Origin: an uncultured delta proteobacterium
Lineage (GTDB): Bacteria; Desulfobacterota; Binatia; UBA9968
DNA length: 64,000 nt
Assembly (NCBI GenBank): GCA_963760795.1
Contig: CAVXEP010000032.1
Span: 481,992 to 545,991, forward strand
Reading direction: 5' to 3'
Part shown: piece by piece, positions 31,244-40,438 of the stretch
Position numbering within the stretch: the first letter of the stretch is position 1
Layout of the letters: every line of letters begins with the position of its first letter
Program-made: the position numbers and the translations under genes
Notes under the pieces: generated by a model
Told to the model about the DNA's origin: nothing
The model's database searches: none
Seen by the model: the letters and a program-made list of their open reading frames with translations, nothing else

Positions 31244-31603
31244 ATGAAAAAATTGTTCGCAGTGATGATTGTGTCGGGAGCATTGGCGGGAGCGGAAGCG
31301 AGCGCGCAGGAGCATAAGCACGCAGAGCAGAAGGAAGAAAGCAAAATGCCGGTGCAGAAAAAAACCGACGCGGTGAAAGCCGAAGGCATGAAGTGCTGCG
31401 AGGGCATGGAGAAAATGGGCGAGATGAAGGCCGGCATGCCGATGAAAAGCGAGATGAAAGGCGACATGAAAGCTAAGATGGAAACGATGAAAGCGATGCA
31501 AGAAAAGATGGCCGAAAAAATGAGCGATAAAGGCGTGAAGACTCAAACGCAAGAGAGCAAGGATGAAAAAAGCCAATCGACGAAGGATGCGCACCAACAC
31601 TAG
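31244..31603 (+). CDS. Met/Lys-rich exported protein with a CC motif
   Basis: RBS ggaggg, signal peptide, EHKH, MKCCEGM, C-terminal HQH. Confidence 0.75.
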   Translation: MKKLFAVMIVSGALAGAEASAQEHKHAEQKEESKMPVQKKTDAVKAEGMKCCEGMEKMGEMKAGMPMKSEMKGDMKAKMETMKAMQEKMAEKMSDKGVKTQTQESKDEKSQSTKDAHQH

Positions 31604-31621
31604 CGAAGGAGGGCGAAGCCG

Positions 31622-32095
31622 ATGTGGCAACTTTGGTTGGTTTTGGTTTTTCTAACCGTAGCCCTTTCTGCTTGTAAACAGGGGGAAAGGCCGGCGCAGA
31701 CATCGCAGCTGGAAGCGCATAGTCACGGCACGCCAAAGGATTGGAAGTTTACTTGGCCGGCGGGCAATGCTGCTGAAGGACGGAAACTATTCGTCGAGGC
31801 TGAGTGTCATAAGTGCCATGAGATCAAAGGCGAAACTTTTCCCGACGTGGTCAAAGACAAGGGCGATGTCGGGCCGGAGTTGGCGCAGATGGCCGGCATG
31901 CACCCGGCGGAATTTTTTGCCGAGTCGATCATCAATCCCAACGCGGTGATCGATCACGATGCCAAGCAGAATGGCTATGTCGGTGCAGACGGCAAGTCGA
32001 AGATGCCGGAGTACAACGACACTTTCACGGTGCGCCAGATTGCCGATCTCGCCGCTTATCTGACTTCGCTCAAAGCCGGCGGGCATAAGCACTGA
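31622..32095 (+). CDS. Cytochrome c lipoprotein, paralog of the cytochrome domain at 23148
   Basis: Lipobox LSAC, CHKCH, GPELAQM..HP.EFFAESIINPNAVI, SKMP. Confidence 0.87.
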   Translation: MWQLWLVLVFLTVALSACKQGERPAQTSQLEAHSHGTPKDWKFTWPAGNAAEGRKLFVEAECHKCHEIKGETFPDVVKDKGDVGPELAQMAGMHPAEFFAESIINPNAVIDHDAKQNGYVGADGKSKMPEYNDTFTVRQIADLAAYLTSLKAGGHKH

Positions 32096-32308
32096 CGCGC
32101 ACAGTGTCTAACAGCTCAAACCGCGCTTTCGTCAATCGGCTGTTTCTAAGCTGAAGCCGCAATCATTCGGCCTTGAGAGGAACGGGTCCGCTGGGTTATC
32201 GCGGCGATTTTCTCGTAGCGCGGTCCGGGGTTTGGTGCTATGAGACTTTGGGTCAGCTCCGCGCAGGCTTGGTCCAAGCTTGGGCGAATTCCTATTCTTG
32301 GAGGCCCT

Positions 32309-33952
32309 ATGAAAGTCGTCGATGCGATTTGTGAAATCCTCAAGCGCGAGGGCGTGGAGTTTTTGAGTTGCTATCCGACCAATCCGCTCATCGAAGCGGC
32401 GGCGACGGCGGGAATCCGGCCCATCGTTTGCCGGCAGGAGCGCGTCGGCGTCGGCATCGCCGACGGCTTTACCCGTGTCACCAACGGCCGGCGCATCGGC
32501 GTGTTTACCATGCAAGCCGGTCCGGGGGCGGAAAACGCCTTCTCCGGTGTGGCGACGGCTTATTCCGACTCCGTGCCGATGCTCTGTCTGCCGGTCGGCC
32601 ATCCGCGCAATTCCTCCCAGGTGTTTCATTTTTTTCGCTCGGTGCAATCCTATTCGCCGATCACCAAGTGGGTCGAGGAACTGACCGCGGCGGACCAAGT
32701 TGCCGAAGTGATGCGGCGCGCCTTTAGCTATTTAAAAATGGGCCGTCCGGGACCGGTGATGGTCGAAATTCCCGGCGACATCGCGGTGGAAGATTTTCCC
32801 GGCGCGGTGAACTACACGCCGGTGAAGCGCACCACCAGCGGCGCCAATGTGCGCGACGTGGCCGAGGCCGCCAAAGTATTGTTGCAAGCGAAAAATCCGA
32901 TGATCGTCGCCGGGCAGGGCGTGTTGTACGCCGAGGCGACGGATGAATTGCTCGAGCTTGCCGAGCTCTTGCAAGTACCGGTGTCGACGCCTCTGGAAGG
33001 CAAAAGCGCGTTTCCCGAACATCACCCGCTTTCGCTCGGCACCGGCGCCGGGGTGATGCCGCGGCCGGTGCACACTTTTTTGCAAAAGGCCGATGTGATC
33101 TTAGCCATTGGCACGAGCCTGACCAAACATAATATTACCGCGGCGGCAATTCCGCCGGGCAAGGTGATCATTCACGCGACCAATGACGAACGCGATATCA
33201 ACAAGCAGTACGCCGCGGATTATCCGATTCTCGGCGACGCCAAGTTGGTTCTGCAGCAGTTTGTCGAAGCGGCCAAGGATTTGTTGGGCGGCAAGAAGCG
33301 CGATGCCGACGGCGCTGTGGCGGCGGAGATCAAGCAGGGCAAGGAAGAATGGATGCAGGAGTGGCTGCCCAAGCTCACCTCCAGTGAAACACCGATGACG
33401 CCGTACCGGGTCATGTGGGAATTCATGAATCTATTCGACCGCAAGGAGGTCATCATCACCCATGATTCGGGCAGTCCGCGCAACCAATTGGTGCCATTTT
33501 ACCAGGCACCGGTGCCGCGCAGTTACCTCGGCTGGGGTAAGTCTCACGCCCTCGGAGGCGGACTCGGTTTGATCATCGGCGCCAAGCTCGCGGCGCCGGA
33601 AAAGTTCTGCGTCAACTTCATGGGCGACGCGGCCTTTGGCATGACCGGCCTCGATTTCGAAACCGCGGTGCGTAACAACATCCCGATCTTGACCGTCGTT
33701 CTCAACAATAATTTCATGGCGGCCGAGACCCACGCCATGCACGCATCGCATGAGCGCTACGGCACCATGAATATCCTTGGCAACTACGCCGACTTGGCGA
33801 AATCCCTGGGCGGCTGGTCGGAACGGGTCGAAGATCCGAATCAGATCGCGTCGGCGTTTGGGCGCGCCCGCAAGGTCACCGACGGCGGCAAGGCTGCGCT
33901 GTTGGAATTCGTCACTTGCCGCGAGATCGCCGCGTCGAGAATGCGCGATTGA
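32309..33952 (+). CDS. Thiamine pyrophosphate-dependent enzyme (acetolactate synthase-like family)
   Basis: RQERVG, GPGAEN, GRPGPV, GDAAFGM...NN. Confidence 0.88.
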   Translation: MKVVDAICEILKREGVEFLSCYPTNPLIEAAATAGIRPIVCRQERVGVGIADGFTRVTNGRRIGVFTMQAGPGAENAFSGVATAYSDSVPMLCLPVGHPRNSSQVFHFFRSVQSYSPITKWVEELTAADQVAEVMRRAFSYLKMGRPGPVMVEIPGDIAVEDFPGAVNYTPVKRTTSGANVRDVAEAAKVLLQAKNPMIVAGQGVLYAEATDELLELAELLQVPVSTPLEGKSAFPEHHPLSLGTGAGVMPRPVHTFLQKADVILAIGTSLTKHNITAAAIPPGKVIIHATNDERDINKQYAADYPILGDAKLVLQQFVEAAKDLLGGKKRDADGAVAAEIKQGKEEWMQEWLPKLTSSETPMTPYRVMWEFMNLFDRKEVIITHDSGSPRNQLVPFYQAPVPRSYLGWGKSHALGGGLGLIIGAKLAAPEKFCVNFMGDAAFGMTGLDFETAVRNNIPILTVVLNNNFMAAETHAMHASHERYGTMNILGNYADLAKSLGGWSERVEDPNQIASAFGRARKVTDGGKAALLEFVTCREIAASRMRD

Positions 33953-34011
33953 ATGCAAGTTGGGCTGAAGTTGGTGCGTTCTAACAGTTGGAGTGAATAT
34001 CGAACTCCTTA

Positions 34012-34102
34012 TCCGTCATTCCGGCGAAGGCCGGAATCCAGCTATTCTGTCAGCCGCCGACCCAAGACGAAGATGGATACCGGCCTGCGCCGGTATGACG
34101 GA
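34012..34102. repeat. REP/RIME-type double-hairpin element between convergent genes
   Basis: tccgtcattccggcgaaggccggaatcca ... tggataccggcctgcgccggtatgacgga, inverted arms each containing a hairpin. Confidence 0.8.
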
Positions 34103-34153
34103 GGGAAGTCTCGACGATTCGTGACGACGTCTACTCTCGCCGCTAGCGCCTAA

Positions 34154-35152
34154 CTAGCGTTTCAACTGCTCGTTGGCTTTCTTCGCGAAGGACCAGTCCG
34201 TGATGTCTGCGACGGCAATATTCTCTTGGGTCTTGCGGGTTTCTTGGACGAAGCGGACGACGTTGTTGATCAGATCGTCAGGAACGATGCCGGTGCGGCT
34301 GTAGAGTTCGACCATGTCGTTGTAAAAACCTTCGCGCACAGCGGCGCTTTTGATGCCCCAAGTTTTGTCGAGAAAGGCTAGAATATCGGCTTTGTTGGCG
34401 CGGATGTATTCGATGCCGCCGAGCACCGCTTTAATCATTTTGACGATCTCGTCGGGCTTTTCCTTGATCTTGTCGATATGCACCGATAGACCGGACAGCG
34501 GCACGCGCATCACGTCGTTGAAAAACAGCAGTTCGTTGAAGCCCTTTTCGCGCGCGACTTTGTTGAGCGGCGGCACCAACATGGTGGCTTGAATCGAACC
34601 GCTGTCCAGCGCCATGTAGCGCGCCGCACCGCCGCCGATTTGCAGGAAGGTCACGTCCTTTTCCGGATTCAAGCCAAACTTGCGTAAGATAATCGCGGTC
34701 TGATTGTGCGGTGCGCCGCCGAAGCTGCTGATACCGATGCGTTTGCCTTTGAGATCTTCAACGCGCTTGATCCCGGAAGTCGCTACCAAGGCGTGATCCG
34801 AGCCGTCCATTAGCGACATCACGACCCGCACAGGCAAGCCGCCCTTGGCGGCGCCGATAAAGTTGGCGATGGTGGCGCCGTAGTCCAAGTTGCGGCTGAG
34901 CACACCGTTGACCACCACGGCGTTTTGCATGATCACCGTGGCGGCGTTGAGCCCTTCTTTTTTGAACAAACCTTTTTTCTCGGCCATGACGAAGGGCAGG
35001 GCGGCGGCGCCGGTGGGATTGGTGCTGCCGATGGTGATGAGCTTTTCCTGCGCCACTGCCGCTGCCGGCCATGCCGCCAGGAAAATGATTAACGTGACAG
35101 CAAGGGCAGGGGGTGTCGCAGATACTTGCACCGTCGCTCGGTTCCTTTTCAT
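34154..35152 (-). CDS. NitT/TauT ABC substrate-binding protein
   Basis: AEKKGLFKKEGL, DLKGKRIGISSFG; ATGA overlap with the Rieske gene stop. Confidence 0.85.
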   Translation of the reverse strand: MKRNRATVQVSATPPALAVTLIIFLAAWPAAAVAQEKLITIGSTNPTGAAALPFVMAEKKGLFKKEGLNAATVIMQNAVVVNGVLSRNLDYGATIANFIGAAKGGLPVRVVMSLMDGSDHALVATSGIKRVEDLKGKRIGISSFGGAPHNQTAIILRKFGLNPEKDVTFLQIGGGAARYMALDSGSIQATMLVPPLNKVAREKGFNELLFFNDVMRVPLSGLSVHIDKIKEKPDEIVKMIKAVLGGIEYIRANKADILAFLDKTWGIKSAAVREGFYNDMVELYSRTGIVPDDLINNVVRFVQETRKTQENIAVADITDWSFAKKANEQLKR

Positions 35153-36444
35153 TGGGCGCATGACGGGCCGCCGCTTGGCTCCATGTCCTGAAGCATGGCG
35201 GTTTGCCAGGCGGCGTCCGCCGGAATAATTTTTACCGCGGCGCGGGCGCGATAATAACTGCCATCCGCGCCGGGCGGATTCTCGCCGGCTTGGACGGCGC
35301 GGACTGCGCGCAGGAGCAGTTGCCGACAGGCGATGATCGCTTGGTCGGCGGGACCCAAGTGTTCTTTGGTTCGGTCGGCGATGCGCCCCTGCATTTCTTG
35401 GACGGCGCGATCCTGGGTGTTGACGCCGACGATGCCACTGAAATTTTCCTGGCGCTGCATTTGCCGGTCGAGCAGCCAATTGTTTTCACGCTGACGAAAG
35501 GAACGAAAGGTTTTTTGATCGACGTCGTCGGGTCCGTTGGCCAGGCTGCGCTCGGTGCGGTCGTCTTCGGTGAGCGGCTCGTCGCCCCAGCTGTACATCC
35601 AGTTCCACACCACGCAGTTGTTATCGTCGATCGGCACCCACATGTGGCCGGGATTGAATTGCTTGCCGACCTCGGCTTCATTCTTCGGACTGTGCGGGCG
35701 AATTTGCGTGAACGGCATGACAAAATGGTAGCCGCGGACATATTGTTGCCGGTCTGGAAAGCGCCGGATGGCTACGTAGCGGTGGCCGAAAGTCGTCGGC
35801 TCGATATCGAAGCTCGGTGAACCGCCGCGGGCGTTGAAGGAATCCGGCGCGGAACCGGGATTGGTGGGATTGTTACGAAAGGCTTTGTGCAAGATGCCGA
35901 CATGGGATTGATCCAAGCCGCCTTCGAGCGCTTGCAGCCAATTACACTCTTCGATGACCTTCGATACATGACGGTGGGTTTCGGCTACCTGAGTCCAGCC
36001 AAAGCACGGCGGCGCAGGCAACTTGTCCGGCGGCCCCATATAGGCCCAGATGACGCCGCCTAACTCACAGGTCGGATACGACTTGATGCGAATCTTCGGC
36101 GCGAAGCTGGTATCGGCCGATTCGTTGAGCTGATGCACGCACTGGCCGGTGACGTCGTACTTCCAGCCATGCCAGATGCAGCGCAGGCCGCACTCTTCGT
36201 TGCGCCCCAACCACAGTGAAGTGCCGCGGTGGGCGCAGAATTCTTCCAAGAGGCCGATGCGCCCGGCGCTATCGCGAAACATGACCAGCGCTTCACCCAA
36301 AAGCTTGACTTGCACCGGCGGGCCATCGGCTTCGGCTACTTCCCAGGAGAGCAGCGCCGGTATCCAGTAACGCCGCAAGGCCTCGCCCATCGGCGTGCCC
36401 GGTCCGGTGCGCGTCAGCAAATCGTTCTCTGCCGCGGATAACAT
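35149..36444 (-). CDS. Rieske aromatic oxygenase alpha subunit (phthalate 4,5-dioxygenase/LigX-like)
   Basis: CAHR...CIWHGW, NWLQALEGGLDQSHVGILH, QDRAVQE. Confidence 0.9.
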   Translation of the reverse strand: MLSAAENDLLTRTGPGTPMGEALRRYWIPALLSWEVAEADGPPVQVKLLGEALVMFRDSAGRIGLLEEFCAHRGTSLWLGRNEECGLRCIWHGWKYDVTGQCVHQLNESADTSFAPKIRIKSYPTCELGGVIWAYMGPPDKLPAPPCFGWTQVAETHRHVSKVIEECNWLQALEGGLDQSHVGILHKAFRNNPTNPGSAPDSFNARGGSPSFDIEPTTFGHRYVAIRRFPDRQQYVRGYHFVMPFTQIRPHSPKNEAEVGKQFNPGHMWVPIDDNNCVVWNWMYSWGDEPLTEDDRTERSLANGPDDVDQKTFRSFRQRENNWLLDRQMQRQENFSGIVGVNTQDRAVQEMQGRIADRTKEHLGPADQAIIACRQLLLRAVRAVQAGENPPGADGSYYRARAAVKIIPADAAWQTAMLQDMEPSGGPSCAQ

Positions 36445-36586
36445 AGAGTTCGCTCCTCTTTGTTGTTAGCCAGATGGAGTCTGGTCCGGAGCGTACTCGA
36501 AGTGGAAAACCTAAGTCAAGAATTCATCAGACGGCTACGACCGGAAGAGAGCGGCTATAATCGGTTCAGCACGATCCTAGCATCTG

Positions 36587-37696
36587 CTACCAAGCGCGGT
36601 ACATCACCTCGGCAACTTGGCTGAATGTTGCGTCGTTGTCCTTGCCCAGTTGGGCGAGCTGGGGTTGGCAGATTCGTTTGCAAAAGGCGATGACCGCCTG
36701 GCAGACGATCATGTTCTTGCCGCTCATAGTGCGATGTCCGGACACGCGGCCATGGCGCAGAAAGACGGTTTCTTCGGGATGATAAATCAGATCGTAGAAG
36801 CGGGTCGCTTGGGGGATCACTGCGGCCAAGGTTTCCGACCTTCGATTGTTGGTTTCGATGTCGCTGCGCGCCGCCTGGCGCCATTGCGCCTCGAAGCGAT
36901 CGCCGAGGTTTTCGGCGAGAACCGGGGGATCGGCCGGGCCGAGGGCGGAGTAGGGCACGAGCATCGTCGCCATCCCATCGCCAAGTTTGCGTATACCGCC
37001 CTGGCCTTTGGTGCTGCCGTTGATAATCAGCCCGGCCTTTGGCGCCCAAGTGGCAATGCCATCTTCGTCAATGGCGAGCGCTTGGCGGCCGAGTTGGTTA
37101 ATTTCATCGGCCAGCGACTGGCCGTGGGCGATCGTCCGATTGGCGATGATCAGTTTTCCCGTGCCGATATGATCGCTTAGGTGATACGCCACGGCACGCG
37201 CCGAACCGCCGGCGCCCAAGAGCAGCACATCGATGCCACCCAGCGACTGCATGAAAGCTGCCCGCGCATCTGGCGTCGGCAGAAGTAGACTATCGATAAA
37301 TCCTGCGCCGTCGGTGTTGTAGCCGATCAGCCGGCCATTGGCGGTTCGTACCACGGTATTGACCGCGTGAATCCGCGCCGCGCCGGCATCGAGGTCGTCC
37401 AGGAAATCGATCACGCGCACTTTGTGCGGCACAGTGACGTTGACGCCGATGAACTGTTCCGAATCGCGCAGAACCCGCAGCAAGTCGCGGAAATGGCCAT
37501 CATCGACGTCGAATGACACATAGACGGCGTTCATGCCTAAGTGGCCAAACGCCGCGTTCCACAGGGCCGGGCTTTTCGAATAATGTGAAGGGCCGTCGCC
37601 AACTATACCGGCGAGGATCCTGTTGCCGATGGCATTTTCATCCAGCCGGTTAGAGATATTCCGGTGAATTTGTTCGATGCTGATTAACGGTGCCAT
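36587..37696 (-). CDS. aroE: Shikimate dehydrogenase family protein
   Basis: SKSP, GVNVTVPHK, AVNT, GYNTDG, GAGGSARA, DLIYHP. Confidence 0.82.
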   Translation of the reverse strand: MAPLISIEQIHRNISNRLDENAIGNRILAGIVGDGPSHYSKSPALWNAAFGHLGMNAVYVSFDVDDGHFRDLLRVLRDSEQFIGVNVTVPHKVRVIDFLDDLDAGAARIHAVNTVVRTANGRLIGYNTDGAGFIDSLLLPTPDARAAFMQSLGGIDVLLLGAGGSARAVAYHLSDHIGTGKLIIANRTIAHGQSLADEINQLGRQALAIDEDGIATWAPKAGLIINGSTKGQGGIRKLGDGMATMLVPYSALGPADPPVLAENLGDRFEAQWRQAARSDIETNNRRSETLAAVIPQATRFYDLIYHPEETVFLRHGRVSGHRTMSGKNMIVCQAVIAFCKRICQPQLAQLGKDNDATFSQVAEVMYRAW

Positions 37697-37768
37697 GGCC
37701 GGTGTGCGCTGCAACCAAGTAGTCGCATGCGGACTCGGTTTTGGCAACCGAGAGCGGCCGGCAGGCGC

Positions 37769-39202
37769 CTAGGCCGATTTCCTGATGGCGAGTTTGTTGC
37801 CGGAAAAGGTCAGCAGAGTGCGCTGATTGTCAAGGACGGTTTCCATGGCGACGTCCCGGCCCCACAGCTGTTGGACATATTGCAGGGTCTTCTCGGCGTA
37901 CTCCAGTTGGAGATCGCGACCGTCATGGTCATGCTGGAGCAGCAGCGTGCGGTTGTTCTGGTAGTCCGAGTCGACGACCTTGATGACCGGGATCGTGCCG
38001 GTGCCGACGTTGCGGATCAAGGTGTCCTTGATGAACTGCCAGCTATCTTCGTCGGCGACATGGCTGACTACCTGTTCATTGCCGCGGGCTTTGTACTCGA
38101 ACAAATTCAATTCGCGAATCAAATCCTCGGTCAGATAGCGGCGCAGAAACGAGCTGTCGCGCTCGACCTCGCGCGCTTCGAAGAGTTTTTCATTGGCACT
38201 TTTTCTACGCGGCCCGAACTCTTTTTCATCGGCGGCGCTGGGGTTCTGCCAGCGTTTCTCAATATCCTCCCAAATCTTCATGCCGACATGGTAGGGATTG
38301 ATGCTGCCGGGCGAAGGGCGCAGCACCTGGGCGTGGCGGACGATGAATTCTAAATGCAGCGCTTGCGGTAAATCGAGGGTTTCTAAAATGCGCTTGTGCC
38401 AAAAACTCGCCCAGCCTTCGTTCATGATCTTGGTTTCGATCTGGGGAATAAAATACTGGGCTTCTTCGTGGACGATCGTCAACAGATCTTTTTCCCATTC
38501 GGCGAGCAGCGGGTTGTGATCGCGGATAAACAGCAGCAGATCTTGGTCCGGGTAGAGCGGGACTTTTTGCAGATCGGGTTCGGCGGTCTCGCGCCGGCGG
38601 TGTACGGCGTGGAACGGGTCGTCCGGCGCTTTGGCTTCTTCGATCTTGCGTTGCCGTTCTTCGGCGGCGGTGGGCTTTTTTACCGCGAGATTGCGCCGGC
38701 ACTGGAGCGACAGCGCGTGGGCGGCGTCGACAACCGCCTCGACACGTTCTAGGCCGATGCTCGGATCTTCGACATAGTGACGTACTCGGTTGGCGTGGCT
38801 CTTGAAGTTTTCGATGGTATATTCCGCGCGGGTTGACCGGAAGGTGAAGTTATTCTTAAAAAAATCGTTATGGCCGTAGACATGGGCGATGGTCAGCACC
38901 TGCAAGGCCAGGGTGTTGTCACGCATTAAATAGGCAATGGAAGGATTGGAATTGATGACCATCTCATAGGGCAAGCCGCTCACGCCATAGTCGTAGAGCG
39001 TCTTGAGCTTTTCGAAGCCCTTGCCGTAGGACCAATGCGGATAGTGGGACGGCATGCCGGAATAGACCATATAGGACAACATGTCTTCATGGTCGCAAAT
39101 CTCGAACTCTTGGTCGTAGGGATCGAGGCCGAAGCGATGGACGAGCTCGATAATGCGCTCGTTCCAGTGCTCGAGATCGTCAAGGGTGAAGTCGGTGCTC
39201 AT
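37769..39202 (-). CDS. spoVR: SpoVR family protein
   Basis: YPHWSYGK, YEMVINSNP, AHVYGHNDFFKNN, KIMNEGWASFWH. Confidence 0.93.
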   Translation of the reverse strand: MSTDFTLDDLEHWNERIIELVHRFGLDPYDQEFEICDHEDMLSYMVYSGMPSHYPHWSYGKGFEKLKTLYDYGVSGLPYEMVINSNPSIAYLMRDNTLALQVLTIAHVYGHNDFFKNNFTFRSTRAEYTIENFKSHANRVRHYVEDPSIGLERVEAVVDAAHALSLQCRRNLAVKKPTAAEERQRKIEEAKAPDDPFHAVHRRRETAEPDLQKVPLYPDQDLLLFIRDHNPLLAEWEKDLLTIVHEEAQYFIPQIETKIMNEGWASFWHKRILETLDLPQALHLEFIVRHAQVLRPSPGSINPYHVGMKIWEDIEKRWQNPSAADEKEFGPRRKSANEKLFEAREVERDSSFLRRYLTEDLIRELNLFEYKARGNEQVVSHVADEDSWQFIKDTLIRNVGTGTIPVIKVVDSDYQNNRTLLLQHDHDGRDLQLEYAEKTLQYVQQLWGRDVAMETVLDNQRTLLTFSGNKLAIRKSA

Positions 39203-39211
39203 GGAGTCGCC

Positions 39212-40414
39212 TCAGGCGGCATCTTCTCGGGCGCGGTCCTTGGTTAAAAGTGTTTTAAACGAGCTCCAAATATCTTCTTTTTTTTGAATCTGCACCGCGA
39301 GAAAATTCGGTTCTTGGATCTGCGCAAAAAAGCTGATCAAGCTGCTGCCATAATAACCCGTACCCAACGGCTTGATCTCGCCATAACCGAACAAATTGGC
39401 GGCCCGGGCGAGCTCTTGAGCGGCTTTAAGCGTCGCTGGATTGTCGGATTCGAAATTGTCGCCGTCGGAGCAGTGAAAGACATAAACGTTCCAGAGCGCG
39501 GGGTGGTAGCGCTGCTCGATGATCTCCAGGGCTTTGTTGTAACCGGAGGAGATCATGGTGCCGCCGGATTCGCCCTTATGAAAAAACTCGTTCTCGGTGA
39601 CCTCCTGGGCCTCGGTATGGTGCGCGATGAAGACAATCTCGACGTTCTGATAACGTGTCGAGATAAATTGATAGAGCAGGAAGAAGAAACTGCGCGCTAG
39701 ATATTTCTTCATGGTGTCCATGGAGCCCGAAGTGTCCATGATGCACAAGACCACGGCGTTGGACTCCTCGCGGGTGTCGGTCACAGTGTGATGGTAGCGC
39801 AGGTCGTCTTTGTGAAAGGGGAAGCGCTGCAGATGGACTAAGCCGCGCTCCGCCTGAGCGGTCGAAGACTGGCTGCGTTGGGTCGCCTTCTTGCGCTTGA
39901 TACGCGATTTGGCCGTGCGTTTTTTGTCGAGCCGAACGCGGATGCCTTTACGGCGAAAACCTTTCTGCTTGAACAACCGCTCGAATTCGATTTTGCGCAG
40001 CCGCTTGCGTTCCAGGTCGGGGAGTTCGAGATCCTCGAACATCAGATCGATCAGTTCGTCCAAACTGACATCGGTCTCGTAGTAGTCGACGCCGGGGCGG
40101 TTACCCGCCTGTTGTCCGGCTTTGCCCTCGTCGCCTTGACCGACCACATCTCCCGGCTTGGGTTCGCCGTCACCGCCTTGGCCCACCCCAGGGGCGTTGT
40201 CGCCGTAAATAAATCGATACTCTTTGACGCCGCGGATGGGAACCTTAATGATGCGGTTATGATCTTTGCCGATAATCGACTCCTCGGCGATGATATCGGC
40301 GATGTTGTTGCGGATCGCTTCGCGCACTTTTTGCCGGTGGCGCAAGCGGTCGCCGGCGCTACGGTCGCTGCGTTGGCCCGACGACGAATTGTAAGGACGA
40401 AAGATCGTCGACAT
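39212..40414 (-). CDS. yeaH: YeaH/YhbH (DUF444) vWA-like protein
   Basis: MDTSGSM, FIAHHTEA, ESGGT, SDGDN. Confidence 0.9.
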   Translation of the reverse strand: MSTIFRPYNSSSGQRSDRSAGDRLRHRQKVREAIRNNIADIIAEESIIGKDHNRIIKVPIRGVKEYRFIYGDNAPGVGQGGDGEPKPGDVVGQGDEGKAGQQAGNRPGVDYYETDVSLDELIDLMFEDLELPDLERKRLRKIEFERLFKQKGFRRKGIRVRLDKKRTAKSRIKRKKATQRSQSSTAQAERGLVHLQRFPFHKDDLRYHHTVTDTREESNAVVLCIMDTSGSMDTMKKYLARSFFFLLYQFISTRYQNVEIVFIAHHTEAQEVTENEFFHKGESGGTMISSGYNKALEIIEQRYHPALWNVYVFHCSDGDNFESDNPATLKAAQELARAANLFGYGEIKPLGTGYYGSSLISFFAQIQEPNFLAVQIQKKEDIWSSFKTLLTKDRAREDAA

Positions 40415-40438
40415 GGTTATGCGAAGTCTCCTTGAGCT

